DNA of 54,968 nt, taken from IMG/VR virus record IMGVR_UViG_3300037483_000201; one strand, given 5' to 3'. The notes beneath the pieces are model-generated. The model was not told the DNA's origin. It did not search any database and worked only from the letters and a program-made list of their open reading frames with translations. The position numbers and the translations under genes are program-made. Source of the stretch: a virus. Below, in pieces: positions 41,601 to 49,810 of this stretch (its first letter is position 1; each line of letters starts with the position of its first letter).

Positions 41601-44600
41601 CCTGCAGCGGCATTTATACGCTCAGTTAAATACCCAGCGATTTCTTTATGCACATCCTCTAAATCTGCAATGTTTTTATGCAGTTCTGTCTTTCCTGGTT
41701 GACCGCCGATATAAATGGCTGACTGCGTAACGGCGTGCAATAATTCATGTAAAACCGTTTCGTAAGAAGTACCCACTATCCCGGTTACATCAGCGCCTTG
41801 AACCCAGATATCGGTTTTTGTTGAATCATAGGCACGCCAGGTCATACCTTTCATCTTGCCTGCCAGCTGCGCATGAACCGGCTCACCTAGATGGGCTACC
41901 TTAAAATCGAACGATAACCCAGATTTTTCCATGCGCCGCAGTTGATTGGCAACACGAAAAGCGATCAGTCTGTAGTCGCTTGACGGGGCATTCTTACGAA
42001 TGAAATCAGCCGCCTCAATTGCGCTCTTACCCTCAACCCCAGACTGTACCTCCTGTGCCTCCTGGGAAGATGGATCGTTGTCTAATGCTCCCATTGAGGT
42101 ATTACGCAGCCCCTGTTGGTCGCGGTCTTTCATAGAGAACAGGATATTGGGGTTATCAGGTTCGGGCTGCTGCACAGGACGGAAGTCACCGGCGCGCAGG
42201 GCGAAGCGCTCACGTATCGGTACCACCTCGCCGTTCGTCCGCTCAATACCGGAATCATCGAATATCCATGGCGAGAATTCCCGCGTCATACGGGTAGTCT
42301 GCTGCAGCAGGCCGTTCAGCTTCTCCATGCCGGTGCCGGGCAGGTTCGGTAGTTCTTTGTCCAGCACAGGCGCCATCTCATCCTTGAGCCGGTCGATAAG
42401 CTGGCTGTCCGTGAGATCATCTTTGACCACGTCGGCGCGTTCACGCAGCGGCGCCATAGCAGGCTCGACGGCTTCATTGATGTAGGTTTCAATCTTCCGC
42501 TCGTTCACGCCGGCCCGGTACATCTCGTCCACCACGGCATTGACCCGCAGCGCCTCCATCTTCTGCCGCTGCTCGGGACGCTGCTTCTTCTCGAGCCGGT
42601 CCATCAGGCTGGTCACACGCGAGTCAGACATGGCGAACCGGATGTCAGGGTTCGCAGGGTCGAAGGTGCCACGGTTGCCGGTGGCGGATTTGATCTGCTC
42701 TGGAAACCTTACTGCGTAATAAGTTCCGTCATATCCCAAACCATTAGCATTTTTGATTATTAACCCATCGTGCTCACTTTTAGAAAAAATAGATGCGTAG
42801 TTTTTGAACGTGCTAGGTCTGCCCTTTGCGTCAATTATCATAGGATTTTCTATTTTTATATACACAGGGAATACAGACACTCCACTTCCTTGATTGGCGC
42901 TAACCCACTCCATATACCCCTCATCATAAAACTCATTATCGCCTGCTTGCCATAATTCTTTTTGAGATTTGAGTTTGTCTTGCCACCCTCTAGGCAGTAC
43001 ACTTTTTGCGTATACTGATGCTTCTTCAGAAAGAGACGTGAACCAAACGAGTTTATTTTTTTTGTCTGGTCTTGCAATCCCTGATGATCCTGCTTTAGTG
43101 GGATCAAAAACAGTAACATCAGCAGTCGTCCCATGATAAACAACCAGTGGCAGTCCCTGCTCATCCACCACCTTGGAGCCCTTGAACCAGTCGCGGAACG
43201 CCTTGGTATTGGTCTGCCGTTGCGCGGCCATGAACCGCCCCTGCGGATCCCGCGCCGTCTCCCCGGTCCGCGTCCCCACCTCGCCACGCTCGACCCGCTG
43301 GAACACGTCATCCGCTGATTGGAAGCCGTTCCCGCGCAGTGCATTGCCGAGGGCCCGGAAGAAGTTTCGTATCCGCTCGAACGCGGTGCGCAGGAACCCG
43401 CCTGCCTTGGTCCTCCCGTCCTTCCAGTCGGCGAACATATCAGCGACGGCCTCCTCGACCATCGCCTCCTCGGACAGGCCAAGGCCATCGTATCGCTCGC
43501 GGACGCCAGCCATCCGGTCAGTATCAGCCTTCGCCGCTTTCTCCAGGGTCCGCCACTCTGCTGCCCGGAGCAGGCCCATGTCCTTCAGAGCGTGGATGAT
43601 TTCATGGTTCATGGTCCAGGGCGCGTTCGGGGCCTGCATGGCAATCTCGATGAAGCCGCGCACGTACCGCCCATCGGCCTCAGATGCCTTGCCGTCCGCC
43701 ATGGCCTGGATGCGGGTCTTCAGGTTCAGCGCCACCTTGTCGGACATGCCAACCTGCTTGAGGCGGGCCTTGAGGTCCTCGACCACGTTGACGGCAACCC
43801 GGGCGAACTCGGGGCGCAGTGCGAAACGGATATCAGGGTTCGCAGGGTCGAACGTCCCGCGGTTGCCGGTGGCGGATTTGATCTGGGTGGGGGAGAAGGC
43901 GACGAAGTCATCGCGCTTGACACCGGAATCTGTCGTGCTGCTGCGGATGACAATCCCATCGTGCCCTGCCCGAATGAGCGAATTTCGTAGGGATTTCATC
44001 CGCGCCTCTATGCTGGACCCTTTCCTTTCGTTACCGGCCGACACGAAGGCGCTCCACCCGTCGTATTCCTTCGGGTTCTGGAGGGACAGGTAAACCGGTA
44101 CCGTTGCCGGGCGATCCTCCGACGGGACGCGAACGCGCTGAAACGGCTCGACCGCCGCTGGGTCGGAAGCAAACCAATGGCCCATGACGCCGCCCAGTCC
44201 GCCGCGCAATTTGCCGCTGAATGCCTCTATGTCTCGTGTCGTCCCGTGATACACCACCAGCGGCCGGCCCTGGCCGTCGACCACCTTTGATTTTCCGAAC
44301 CAATCTTTGAAATTCGAAGTTTCTGTTACGTCCCGCCGCAGCGAAAACATCTCCACGCCACGGTCTGTCTCGCGGGTCTCCACAGTGTTGAAGAAGTGGT
44401 CGAAACCTTCACGGATGACCTGGACTTCAGCGGCCTCTGGGTAGGGATAGGAGCCTTCCAGTTCCATGCCCAAGGCCGCGGCCGCATCCCAATAGTCCTG
44501 GGACACGATATTGGCGAGGTAGTCGTTGGATAGACCTTGATCCTGGAGTTTGGCGATGACGTAGCTCTCGAAGGACCGTGCTGTCATTTCCCGGCCAGTG

Positions 44601-47600
44601 GTCCAGTAATCCTTGGCTTTGCGCTCTAACATACCGGATCGTTGTTTCAATCTGGTCTTATTGACAGCCTGTGTAACAGTCTTGAACGCATCCACCATCT
44701 CTGGCCGTACACCTTCGCCCCGGAAATAGGGCTTCTCAGTCACAAAACCTTCCTTGTCCTGCCTCATCCTGGAGAAGTAATTATCGAGTGAATGCCACCA
44801 TTCATGAGCAAGCGATCCAGCCCCGGCCTTTTTCGTCAGGTTAATCACAACGGTGTCGGATTCATAATGTGCCGCTGCCGCACTACCGCCGGCACCCTTA
44901 CCGCCTGATCCTCTTGCGCCGAATGCCAATCCCAGCTCGCCGTTCAATGACAGTGCTTTCGATGGTATATCCAGAATTCCGGCCAAGTCCATCAGGGCGT
45001 CGTAGGCGTTATTTAAGTCCTGCTGACGCTTACCGCCTTCCACCCAGTTGCCGAACTGGACACCTTTGAATCCGAACGCCTCAGAGAACTGCTCCGGCGT
45101 GACATCGGCACCATTGCGATGATCGATACCAACACGCGGGGAATTCGTGTCTTTACGCTCACTGGGGATATCCTTGTACTGATCCAGCATGGCTTCGAGT
45201 TCTGCCTGGTGTGCTGCCTTGTACTCCCTGGCTTCCTTAATGGAAGCAAATCGCTTCAACTGAACAACCCGCTTGCCGATTTTCTTGCCGATGAAATACG
45301 GATCAGCCGTGTCGCCTCGCGTGGAGTAGATATCGAACCGTACTGTTTTCGATGACTCCGGTCCGGCTTCCATCCCGGCATACACCTTCTTAAATTTTTC
45401 AATGGCCTCAGCCCGCGTGTCGCCTTTTACAATCATGCTTGGCATATTGCTGAATGCCGTTTTCCTGGCGGCTTTCTCAACAGCCCATATGACCTTCGGT
45501 GTGCTAAATTTCTCTCCGGCATAGACAGAATATTCGCCCATGCTGACACGGAGGCCCTTGAGTGATTTTTCGTGACCGACGGCCGCATACAAATCTGCCC
45601 GACCACTAACGGTGTCGGCCACATTCCGGTACTCATTCCGTCCCAATAGCGTCCGTACCTGCTGCGCGGTCACTTCGCCGCTAAGTAACCGCTCGGACAT
45701 ATCACGGAGTCCACTAACCTGCTCTGCCCACTGCTTCAACTTCCAACTCTTTTTAGGTTTAACAGGTATTTCATCCCTGGCGGCGCGGACAAAGGCAACA
45801 GACCACGGGCTAGCACCTTCATCGATCAGTTGTTGGTAATCAGGCTCCGGCCATGACTCTGACAATGGACGTGCGGATATATCCACTCCTTTGGCATCGG
45901 CAAGGCGCTGTGCATAGGTATGTTTTTTTGCTCCTTGTAATACCTCACCGAAGTCATCGATTTTGTTTGTCTGTTTGGCTGGCTTTTCAGCCGGTTGCCC
46001 AATATTCGCTATCTTATCCGCAGCCGCAGTCAGCTTATCGGCGGACTCGGAGAGTTTATTGGCGGCGGTTGTGATGGGGTCGGCTGGTGCTAAATCTGAT
46101 CCGGGTCGTTCGCCCCCCGTGCCTTCCCGAGTTGCTGTAGTTTTCGCACGGTCGCCAATAACTCGCTCTGGCTCTGGTGCTTGAGCGGCTTCAATAACGC
46201 CTTGCGGGCGCTCACCTCGCGTTGTCCGCTGTCCTGCTTCTTCTCTGGTGTTTTTGTTATCATATAGTGCCGCCTCCGCCTGTTCAATTGTAGTGCCTAT
46301 ACCAAAACTAAAACCAGGCCCTGTATAGTTTAGACCATTTCCTGTGATAGTGACCCCACGCAAATAGTCTTGGGCCAGTTCCATAGCTTGCTGGAGTTCA
46401 CCGACATTATCATAATGGACATAGAACTCATCCCCGGAAACATGGAAAGCATCCCCCCCCACACCGGCATCACGAAAGGCATCACCCATGACGGCAATCA
46501 GCCGATCTCCGGCATCGTGTCCCATGTTGTCGTTTACCCACTTGAGACTATCGAGATCAACAGAGGCAATATTTTCCTTGGGTGCCCGTCCAAGCCATGC
46601 ACGATTAGATCCTAATCCGGTACGCTCGTCTGTCATCAGGGCGGTGCGCAACTCCTCGGCGTAGGCGCGGAGCTCAGCCGGATCGGTAATGTCCTCAAGC
46701 CTGCGGTCATAGATGGTGCGCTGTACATCGTCGCGGCGGGATGGTAGCGCTGCACTCTCTTTCGTCTCTGCATTGGTGATCAGTAGCGGATTGTCAGTCC
46801 CACCCTCAATGGTGCGCGGACCCATGAATCCGTCTTTGAGGTACCGGGTACCGTCACCACCCTCATAGATGTCCTGACCCTCAGAATTTTTCCCGATCTT
46901 GATTTCCTGATCTGGCTTTGTTCGTATCTCACGCCTGTCTTCATCTACCCGGCCCTCGACGGTCTCCCACATGCGGCCGTTGTACGAGATCCTGGCTACT
47001 TCTTTGCCGTCCAGGTAAACCTTAGCGCCGTCGCCAATACTGGACGCGCCAGCACCAGTCTGTTCACGGAATTGATCCCACTTATCCTGGGCATCAGCGA
47101 ACGATTCTACCGGGTAGCGCTTTCCGCGGAATTCGACCTCCATCTGCGCAACTGGCTGTGTCTCTGGTGCTGCCGCCTGCTTTACCAGTACCGCATTAGC
47201 TTGTGTGATCGCTTCTGCTTTACTCTTTACGGTGGCCAGCCCACCTTTCTCATCCCGGTACTGCCAGCGGCCGGCGCGCGCAGCGAGCTTACTTGCGCCA
47301 GGCTGGATAAGTCCGGCGGCGATTAACTCGGATTCGGTTTTGGCTGGTACTTCATGTTTTACTTTAACTAACTCTCCACGTGTAACATTTTGCTGATCTT
47401 CGATATCCACCTGTTTACCACGATTCTCATCGAAGATATCCCCGGCGGATTCAGCCGGGACGTGTTCCCGGCCTTTGCCAAGTTTCTGATCTACCTCGAG
47501 TTGTTTGTCGGCGAGGGTCTGGGCCGTGACTGGAGCGGCACCGAAGAGATCGGTTTCTACTTGGCCTGTCGGCGTTTCGGCTTGTACCCGTTTTTCTGTT

Positions 47601-49795
47601 GCAGGAGAAACAAGCGCAGGGCTTTCATTCGCGCGTCTTTGCGCGACGGCGCTTTCAAATCTTTCGAGGATGTCTTCATCGCTTATTTCCTGTATAGCAG
47701 CACGTTCAACGATATCTCTAATTGTATCAGAATCCAGCCCCATTTGCAGGCCAGCGTGCATTAAATCCAGGGCTTCACGCTCTTCGCCAGGCTCCAGGAA
47801 CACAGGATCCTGATCCTCTGTCAGCCAGGCCGTGTCCTCGGCATAAGCCGCATCCTCATATTGCTCGATTTCCGGGTTACGGACAGACTCATCCGCCAGC
47901 CAACGCACGGCCCTGGCCTCCCGTGCGGATAAAGGCTCCCCAGCGGCAGCTTTCTCAACCGCAGCCTGTAATTGCTCCGGTTTCATCCGGACCGTTTTAT
48001 CGCGCCGAAAGTCCGCCCACCAAGGGGCGTAAGGAACCCATGTGGTACGGCCGATCACCGGACCTGTGGCCTCATTCGGCCCGTCGTCATCCCGTCGCTC
48101 CCGTTGCAACTTCCCGCCCACCTCAGACCATCCGGCTTGATTTGCCATATTACGAAGAATATCGGCCTGGGTTTCGTCCAATGCGATAATTTCGCCCCTT
48201 GGGGTGCGCTCGCGCTTCGGTATCGTGGATTCTGTCTCAGGGATGGGTGCAGGGACAGGCTCAGGCAGCGTTGCTCCTGCGGGTTCTGGTTGGGTTATTT
48301 GTTTGGTTTCAAGGCTTCTACCGGCCGCATTCTCTTGTGTCTCGGTGAGCGCAATACCCATTTTCTCGGCCGCTTTTCTTCTTGCCGGCGTCAGAGATAA
48401 CTCTTCCGGCGACATGGGCACCTTGACCTTGGCGCCAGAGGCAGGCTTGGTAGTGTCTTCCTGGATCAGCTCCGCGATCTCGCGGTCTACCGGGTTCGCC
48501 AGGACGGATTCACCCGTTTCCGGGTCGGTGATCCGCGTGGGGTCCGGCATCTCTTCTTCCAATGGAACCAGTTCAAGGGGCTGTGTTACTGCGGTGGTGG
48601 CAGCGTCAATCGCGGCGTCCACGGTTGGCTGCTGGAAGATGTCCTGAGCAACTTTTCCAGGTTCTTTGTCGGCTTTCCTGGCCGCTTCGGCTTCTTTTAT
48701 TAAATCTATCGGTTTCCGTGTTTGTATGGCATTTTGCGCATATACTGACCACTGTTTCGCATAGGCCGGGTCAACTTCTTTCAGGGAGGCGGCTACCAAG
48801 CTGGCGGCCTTTTGACGTTCTTCGGGTTTGCTTTCTGGGTCTGCCAGCGTGTCCCTGATCAGGTTGCGTTGCTGATACTGAATAGGCAGTCCGACCATCC
48901 CCAGTACGGAGGTCATTACTGCGGTGGGGCCAATAACGTGTTTGGCTGCCTCAAGCGGTGAGGTGTCGGTAATACCGGCAGCGCGTTCCACGGCGGTTTG
49001 CCCTGCCGCTTGACCAATCTCTGTCCCGATCTCAATTCCGTAAGTTTTGGCCATGGCCTTGCCAAATTCTTTTAATACCTGCGGGTTTGCGTAGGCTTCC
49101 AGTACCCCTTGCGCGGTAGATTTCCCGGCCGCTTTGGAGATGATCCGTCCGGCGGTCCCAAATATTAAGCCAAGCCCGGCTGTTCCTAAGGTTTCGCCGA
49201 GAGCCTCAATCGTCCCGGTTTTCCAAGCAGCAGACCTAGCCTCTGACTCTGTTAACCCGGCCTCAACCCCGCGCTCCAAAGTATCTTGGGCCTGTGACAG
49301 TCCGAACAGTGCACCACCCGCGCCGCTGGCCAGTGTTAAGCCGGCGATTCCCTGCATCCCAGGAATTGCCATTAATGCCATTGGGGTCACTGACGGCCCA
49401 ATCATCTCCAGTCCTTCAGTGATCGTTTGGCTTACCGCCCCATGGCCTTCTGGTTTTGCTTTCAGCCCCGGCAGGTCACCATACATCTTCCCGACATTAC
49501 GTAAAGATGTGCCGATCTCGTACAACGTGCTACCCCAAGGATCTTCGCCCTCAGGGGCTTCCCCGACCAATTGCGCAGCCCGACCAGCCATCTGTGGGGC
49601 CTCGGACAAGAAGCCCCTGGCCAGAGCTTTACTCCACTCTGAAATATTGCTGGTGGGCTCTGGGGGATTAAAAAGTTGAGTGAATTTCTCGCGGGGGACA
49701 TCGGAGTAGTAACGCTGGTGCAGACCAACCGTGAGTTGATCGTCATTCAGGTCATCGTATTGCGGGTATTGGGTGCGGAACTCGCTGATATTCAC
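38618..49795 (-). CDS. giant polyvalent virion / ejection protein (3,725 aa)
   Basis: A single uninterrupted ORF with a GTG start. Domain motifs are listed in the following 'other' features. Gly-rich hydrophobic segments lie near the N-terminus, and there is a TM at about aa 3400. Confidence 0.9.
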   Translation of the reverse strand: MNISEFRTQYPQYDDLNDDQLTVGLHQRYYSDVPREKFTQLFNPPEPTSNISEWSKALARGFLSEAPQMAGRAAQLVGEAPEGEDPWGSTLYEIGTSLRNVGKMYGDLPGLKAKPEGHGAVSQTITEGLEMIGPSVTPMALMAIPGMQGIAGLTLASGAGGALFGLSQAQDTLERGVEAGLTESEARSAAWKTGTIEALGETLGTAGLGLIFGTAGRIISKAAGKSTAQGVLEAYANPQVLKEFGKAMAKTYGIEIGTEIGQAAGQTAVERAAGITDTSPLEAAKHVIGPTAVMTSVLGMVGLPIQYQQRNLIRDTLADPESKPEERQKAASLVAASLKEVDPAYAKQWSVYAQNAIQTRKPIDLIKEAEAARKADKEPGKVAQDIFQQPTVDAAIDAATTAVTQPLELVPLEEEMPDPTRITDPETGESVLANPVDREIAELIQEDTTKPASGAKVKVPMSPEELSLTPARRKAAEKMGIALTETQENAAGRSLETKQITQPEPAGATLPEPVPAPIPETESTIPKRERTPRGEIIALDETQADILRNMANQAGWSEVGGKLQRERRDDDGPNEATGPVIGRTTWVPYAPWWADFRRDKTVRMKPEQLQAAVEKAAAGEPLSAREARAVRWLADESVRNPEIEQYEDAAYAEDTAWLTEDQDPVFLEPGEEREALDLMHAGLQMGLDSDTIRDIVERAAIQEISDEDILERFESAVAQRRANESPALVSPATEKRVQAETPTGQVETDLFGAAPVTAQTLADKQLEVDQKLGKGREHVPAESAGDIFDENRGKQVDIEDQQNVTRGELVKVKHEVPAKTESELIAAGLIQPGASKLAARAGRWQYRDEKGGLATVKSKAEAITQANAVLVKQAAAPETQPVAQMEVEFRGKRYPVESFADAQDKWDQFREQTGAGASSIGDGAKVYLDGKEVARISYNGRMWETVEGRVDEDRREIRTKPDQEIKIGKNSEGQDIYEGGDGTRYLKDGFMGPRTIEGGTDNPLLITNAETKESAALPSRRDDVQRTIYDRRLEDITDPAELRAYAEELRTALMTDERTGLGSNRAWLGRAPKENIASVDLDSLKWVNDNMGHDAGDRLIAVMGDAFRDAGVGGDAFHVSGDEFYVHYDNVGELQQAMELAQDYLRGVTITGNGLNYTGPGFSFGIGTTIEQAEAALYDNKNTREEAGQRTTRGERPQGVIEAAQAPEPERVIGDRAKTTATREGTGGERPGSDLAPADPITTAANKLSESADKLTAAADKIANIGQPAEKPAKQTNKIDDFGEVLQGAKKHTYAQRLADAKGVDISARPLSESWPEPDYQQLIDEGASPWSVAFVRAARDEIPVKPKKSWKLKQWAEQVSGLRDMSERLLSGEVTAQQVRTLLGRNEYRNVADTVSGRADLYAAVGHEKSLKGLRVSMGEYSVYAGEKFSTPKVIWAVEKAARKTAFSNMPSMIVKGDTRAEAIEKFKKVYAGMEAGPESSKTVRFDIYSTRGDTADPYFIGKKIGKRVVQLKRFASIKEAREYKAAHQAELEAMLDQYKDIPSERKDTNSPRVGIDHRNGADVTPEQFSEAFGFKGVQFGNWVEGGKRQQDLNNAYDALMDLAGILDIPSKALSLNGELGLAFGARGSGGKGAGGSAAAAHYESDTVVINLTKKAGAGSLAHEWWHSLDNYFSRMRQDKEGFVTEKPYFRGEGVRPEMVDAFKTVTQAVNKTRLKQRSGMLERKAKDYWTTGREMTARSFESYVIAKLQDQGLSNDYLANIVSQDYWDAAAALGMELEGSYPYPEAAEVQVIREGFDHFFNTVETRETDRGVEMFSLRRDVTETSNFKDWFGKSKVVDGQGRPLVVYHGTTRDIEAFSGKLRGGLGGVMGHWFASDPAAVEPFQRVRVPSEDRPATVPVYLSLQNPKEYDGWSAFVSAGNERKGSSIEARMKSLRNSLIRAGHDGIVIRSSTTDSGVKRDDFVAFSPTQIKSATGNRGTFDPANPDIRFALRPEFARVAVNVVEDLKARLKQVGMSDKVALNLKTRIQAMADGKASEADGRYVRGFIEIAMQAPNAPWTMNHEIIHALKDMGLLRAAEWRTLEKAAKADTDRMAGVRERYDGLGLSEEAMVEEAVADMFADWKDGRTKAGGFLRTAFERIRNFFRALGNALRGNGFQSADDVFQRVERGEVGTRTGETARDPQGRFMAAQRQTNTKAFRDWFKGSKVVDEQGLPLVVYHGTTADVTVFDPTKAGSSGIARPDKKNKLVWFTSLSEEASVYAKSVLPRGWQDKLKSQKELWQAGDNEFYDEGYMEWVSANQGSGVSVFPVYIKIENPMIIDAKGRPSTFKNYASIFSKSEHDGLIIKNANGLGYDGTYYAVRFPEQIKSATGNRGTFDPANPDIRFAMSDSRVTSLMDRLEKKQRPEQRQKMEALRVNAVVDEMYRAGVNERKIETYINEAVEPAMAPLRERADVVKDDLTDSQLIDRLKDEMAPVLDKELPNLPGTGMEKLNGLLQQTTRMTREFSPWIFDDSGIERTNGEVVPIRERFALRAGDFRPVQQPEPDNPNILFSMKDRDQQGLRNTSMGALDNDPSSQEAQEVQSGVEGKSAIEAADFIRKNAPSSDYRLIAFRVANQLRRMEKSGLSFDFKVAHLGEPVHAQLAGKMKGMTWRAYDSTKTDIWVQGADVTGIVGTSYETVLHELLHAVTQSAIYIGGQPGKTELHKNIADLEDVHKEIAGYLTERINAAAGDFNKLERIERVVAQGHNAMEDTGELVSWALTNRAMQDYLESIPYKGGTLWSRFVTAIRKFLGLPERAETALSEILRITDRLLDTPVQPLLSLGEAPTQINYTGGLLNTSLESRDPPYVRRLRERQEAIETQESGQPPTQPNSTEPTSRGYAEIFRRATRRLDPIRYVLQDKYIDLKHIQSDLGVTEAEDAYLRESIWLGRAGERLERFEEDRIQPLLQKGADTGLEMDQIDRWLHARHAQEANTYLKRINPDRADNTDLSGMSDTDAAAILGQHTGNQALQDVGTLIDQINQERVQIMLNTGLITQEEVDAWNKTYSKYVPLKREEAKTLLPPRGQGFNIRGKESRQRTGSHKAVTNVLTNVIAQYEATVIRSEKNRVGQAFLEFAKNTQNSGLWTVDTQKRQPAVVNGEVRMVSDPREYDNEFKVKVEGVGHTVTFNESSPEAMRIAKAMKNLDHGDMGKLTRFLLGVNRILATLNTSLSPEFVISNFARDIQTAVYNMTDTELVGVETQVIKMVPGALKGLYQNLRQGRTDTDWAGWAERFRKAGGKTGWLDHYKDVLDRQHKLGKEMERMRAEKGKGAIFAAARFVSDYNTIVENGVRLAAFRKAVELGATDDAAASLAKNLTVNFNRKGTAGPMMNALYLFYNASIQGQIRMLQALAYSKKGRALAVGTIGFAVMLDIFNRSMSGDDDDGENLYDNIQAYEKARNLIVMGEKQPVFKFPLPWGYNVLHVIGQQFGDMLTGERFDASKSAAKTASAFADAFNPVGSGTVLQAFSPTIIDPAVQIGENKIWTGAPLKPEASPFGVPKPEYQQHWSNSREVSKSITKWLNDMSGGDEVRPGTINLSPEWMDVLVDFSTGSAGRVVADSFNIAHKAVTGEEITLKEVPMARKLYGYDTSRALQSRYYEWSDDVQYTAKQVKELRGSEQLKAKGSPEAKLIGMEKLTRSRLAKLRKQKRLAENSGNKDRVEQIEAQMRLAMARFNQRYVELVLQ
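41398..42028 (-). other. HExxH module 3 of the giant protein (aa ~2590-2800)
   Basis: SYETVLHELLHAVTQ, with His2683 at 41747-41749. The module is locally AT-rich. Confidence 0.55.
42635..43213 (-). other. ART-like module 2 (aa ~2195-2387)
   Basis: FRDWFKGSKVVDEQGLPLVVYHGTT..LVWFTS..VYIKIENP..HDGLIIKN..QIKSATGNRGTFDPANPDIRFA. Confidence 0.5.
43348..43798 (-). other. HExxH module 2 (aa ~2000-2150)
   Basis: PWTMNHEIIHALKDMGLL, with His2064. Confidence 0.5.
43811..44323 (-). other. ART-like module 1 (aa ~1825-1995)
   Basis: FKDWFGKSKVVDGQGRPLVVYHGTT..GHWFAS..VYLSLQNP..HDGIVIRS..QIKSATGNRGTFDPANPDIRFA. Confidence 0.5.
44398..45133 (-). other. HExxH module 1, polyvalent-protein-type metallopeptidase-like domain (aa ~1555-1800)
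   Basis: FGFKGVQFGNWVEGGKRQQDLNNAYDALMDLA..LGLAFGARGSGG..AAAHYE..INLTKKAGAGSLAHEWWHSLDNYF. Confidence 0.6.
46228..46678 (-). other. GGDEF-fold nucleotide cyclase-like domain (aa ~1040-1190), SGDEF variant
   Basis: DERTGLGSNRAW..IASVDLDSLKWVNDNMGHDAGDRLI..FHVSGDEFYV..FSFGIGT..AEAALYDNKNTRE. SGDEF is aa 1120-1124, at 46424-46438. Confidence 0.7.
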
Positions 49796-49810
49796 AGATA
49801 GGCCCCTGTG

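Noticed and set aside
38618-49795. The possibility that the giant ORF is an N4-type virion RNA polymerase, given its similar size and the N4-gp56-like coat.
   Set aside because: I could not find T7-like single-subunit RNAP motifs (for example the catalytic D..DG / R..K..Y / HDS blocks). The recognisable motifs are instead GGDEF-like, HExxH and ART-like. A profile search is still needed.
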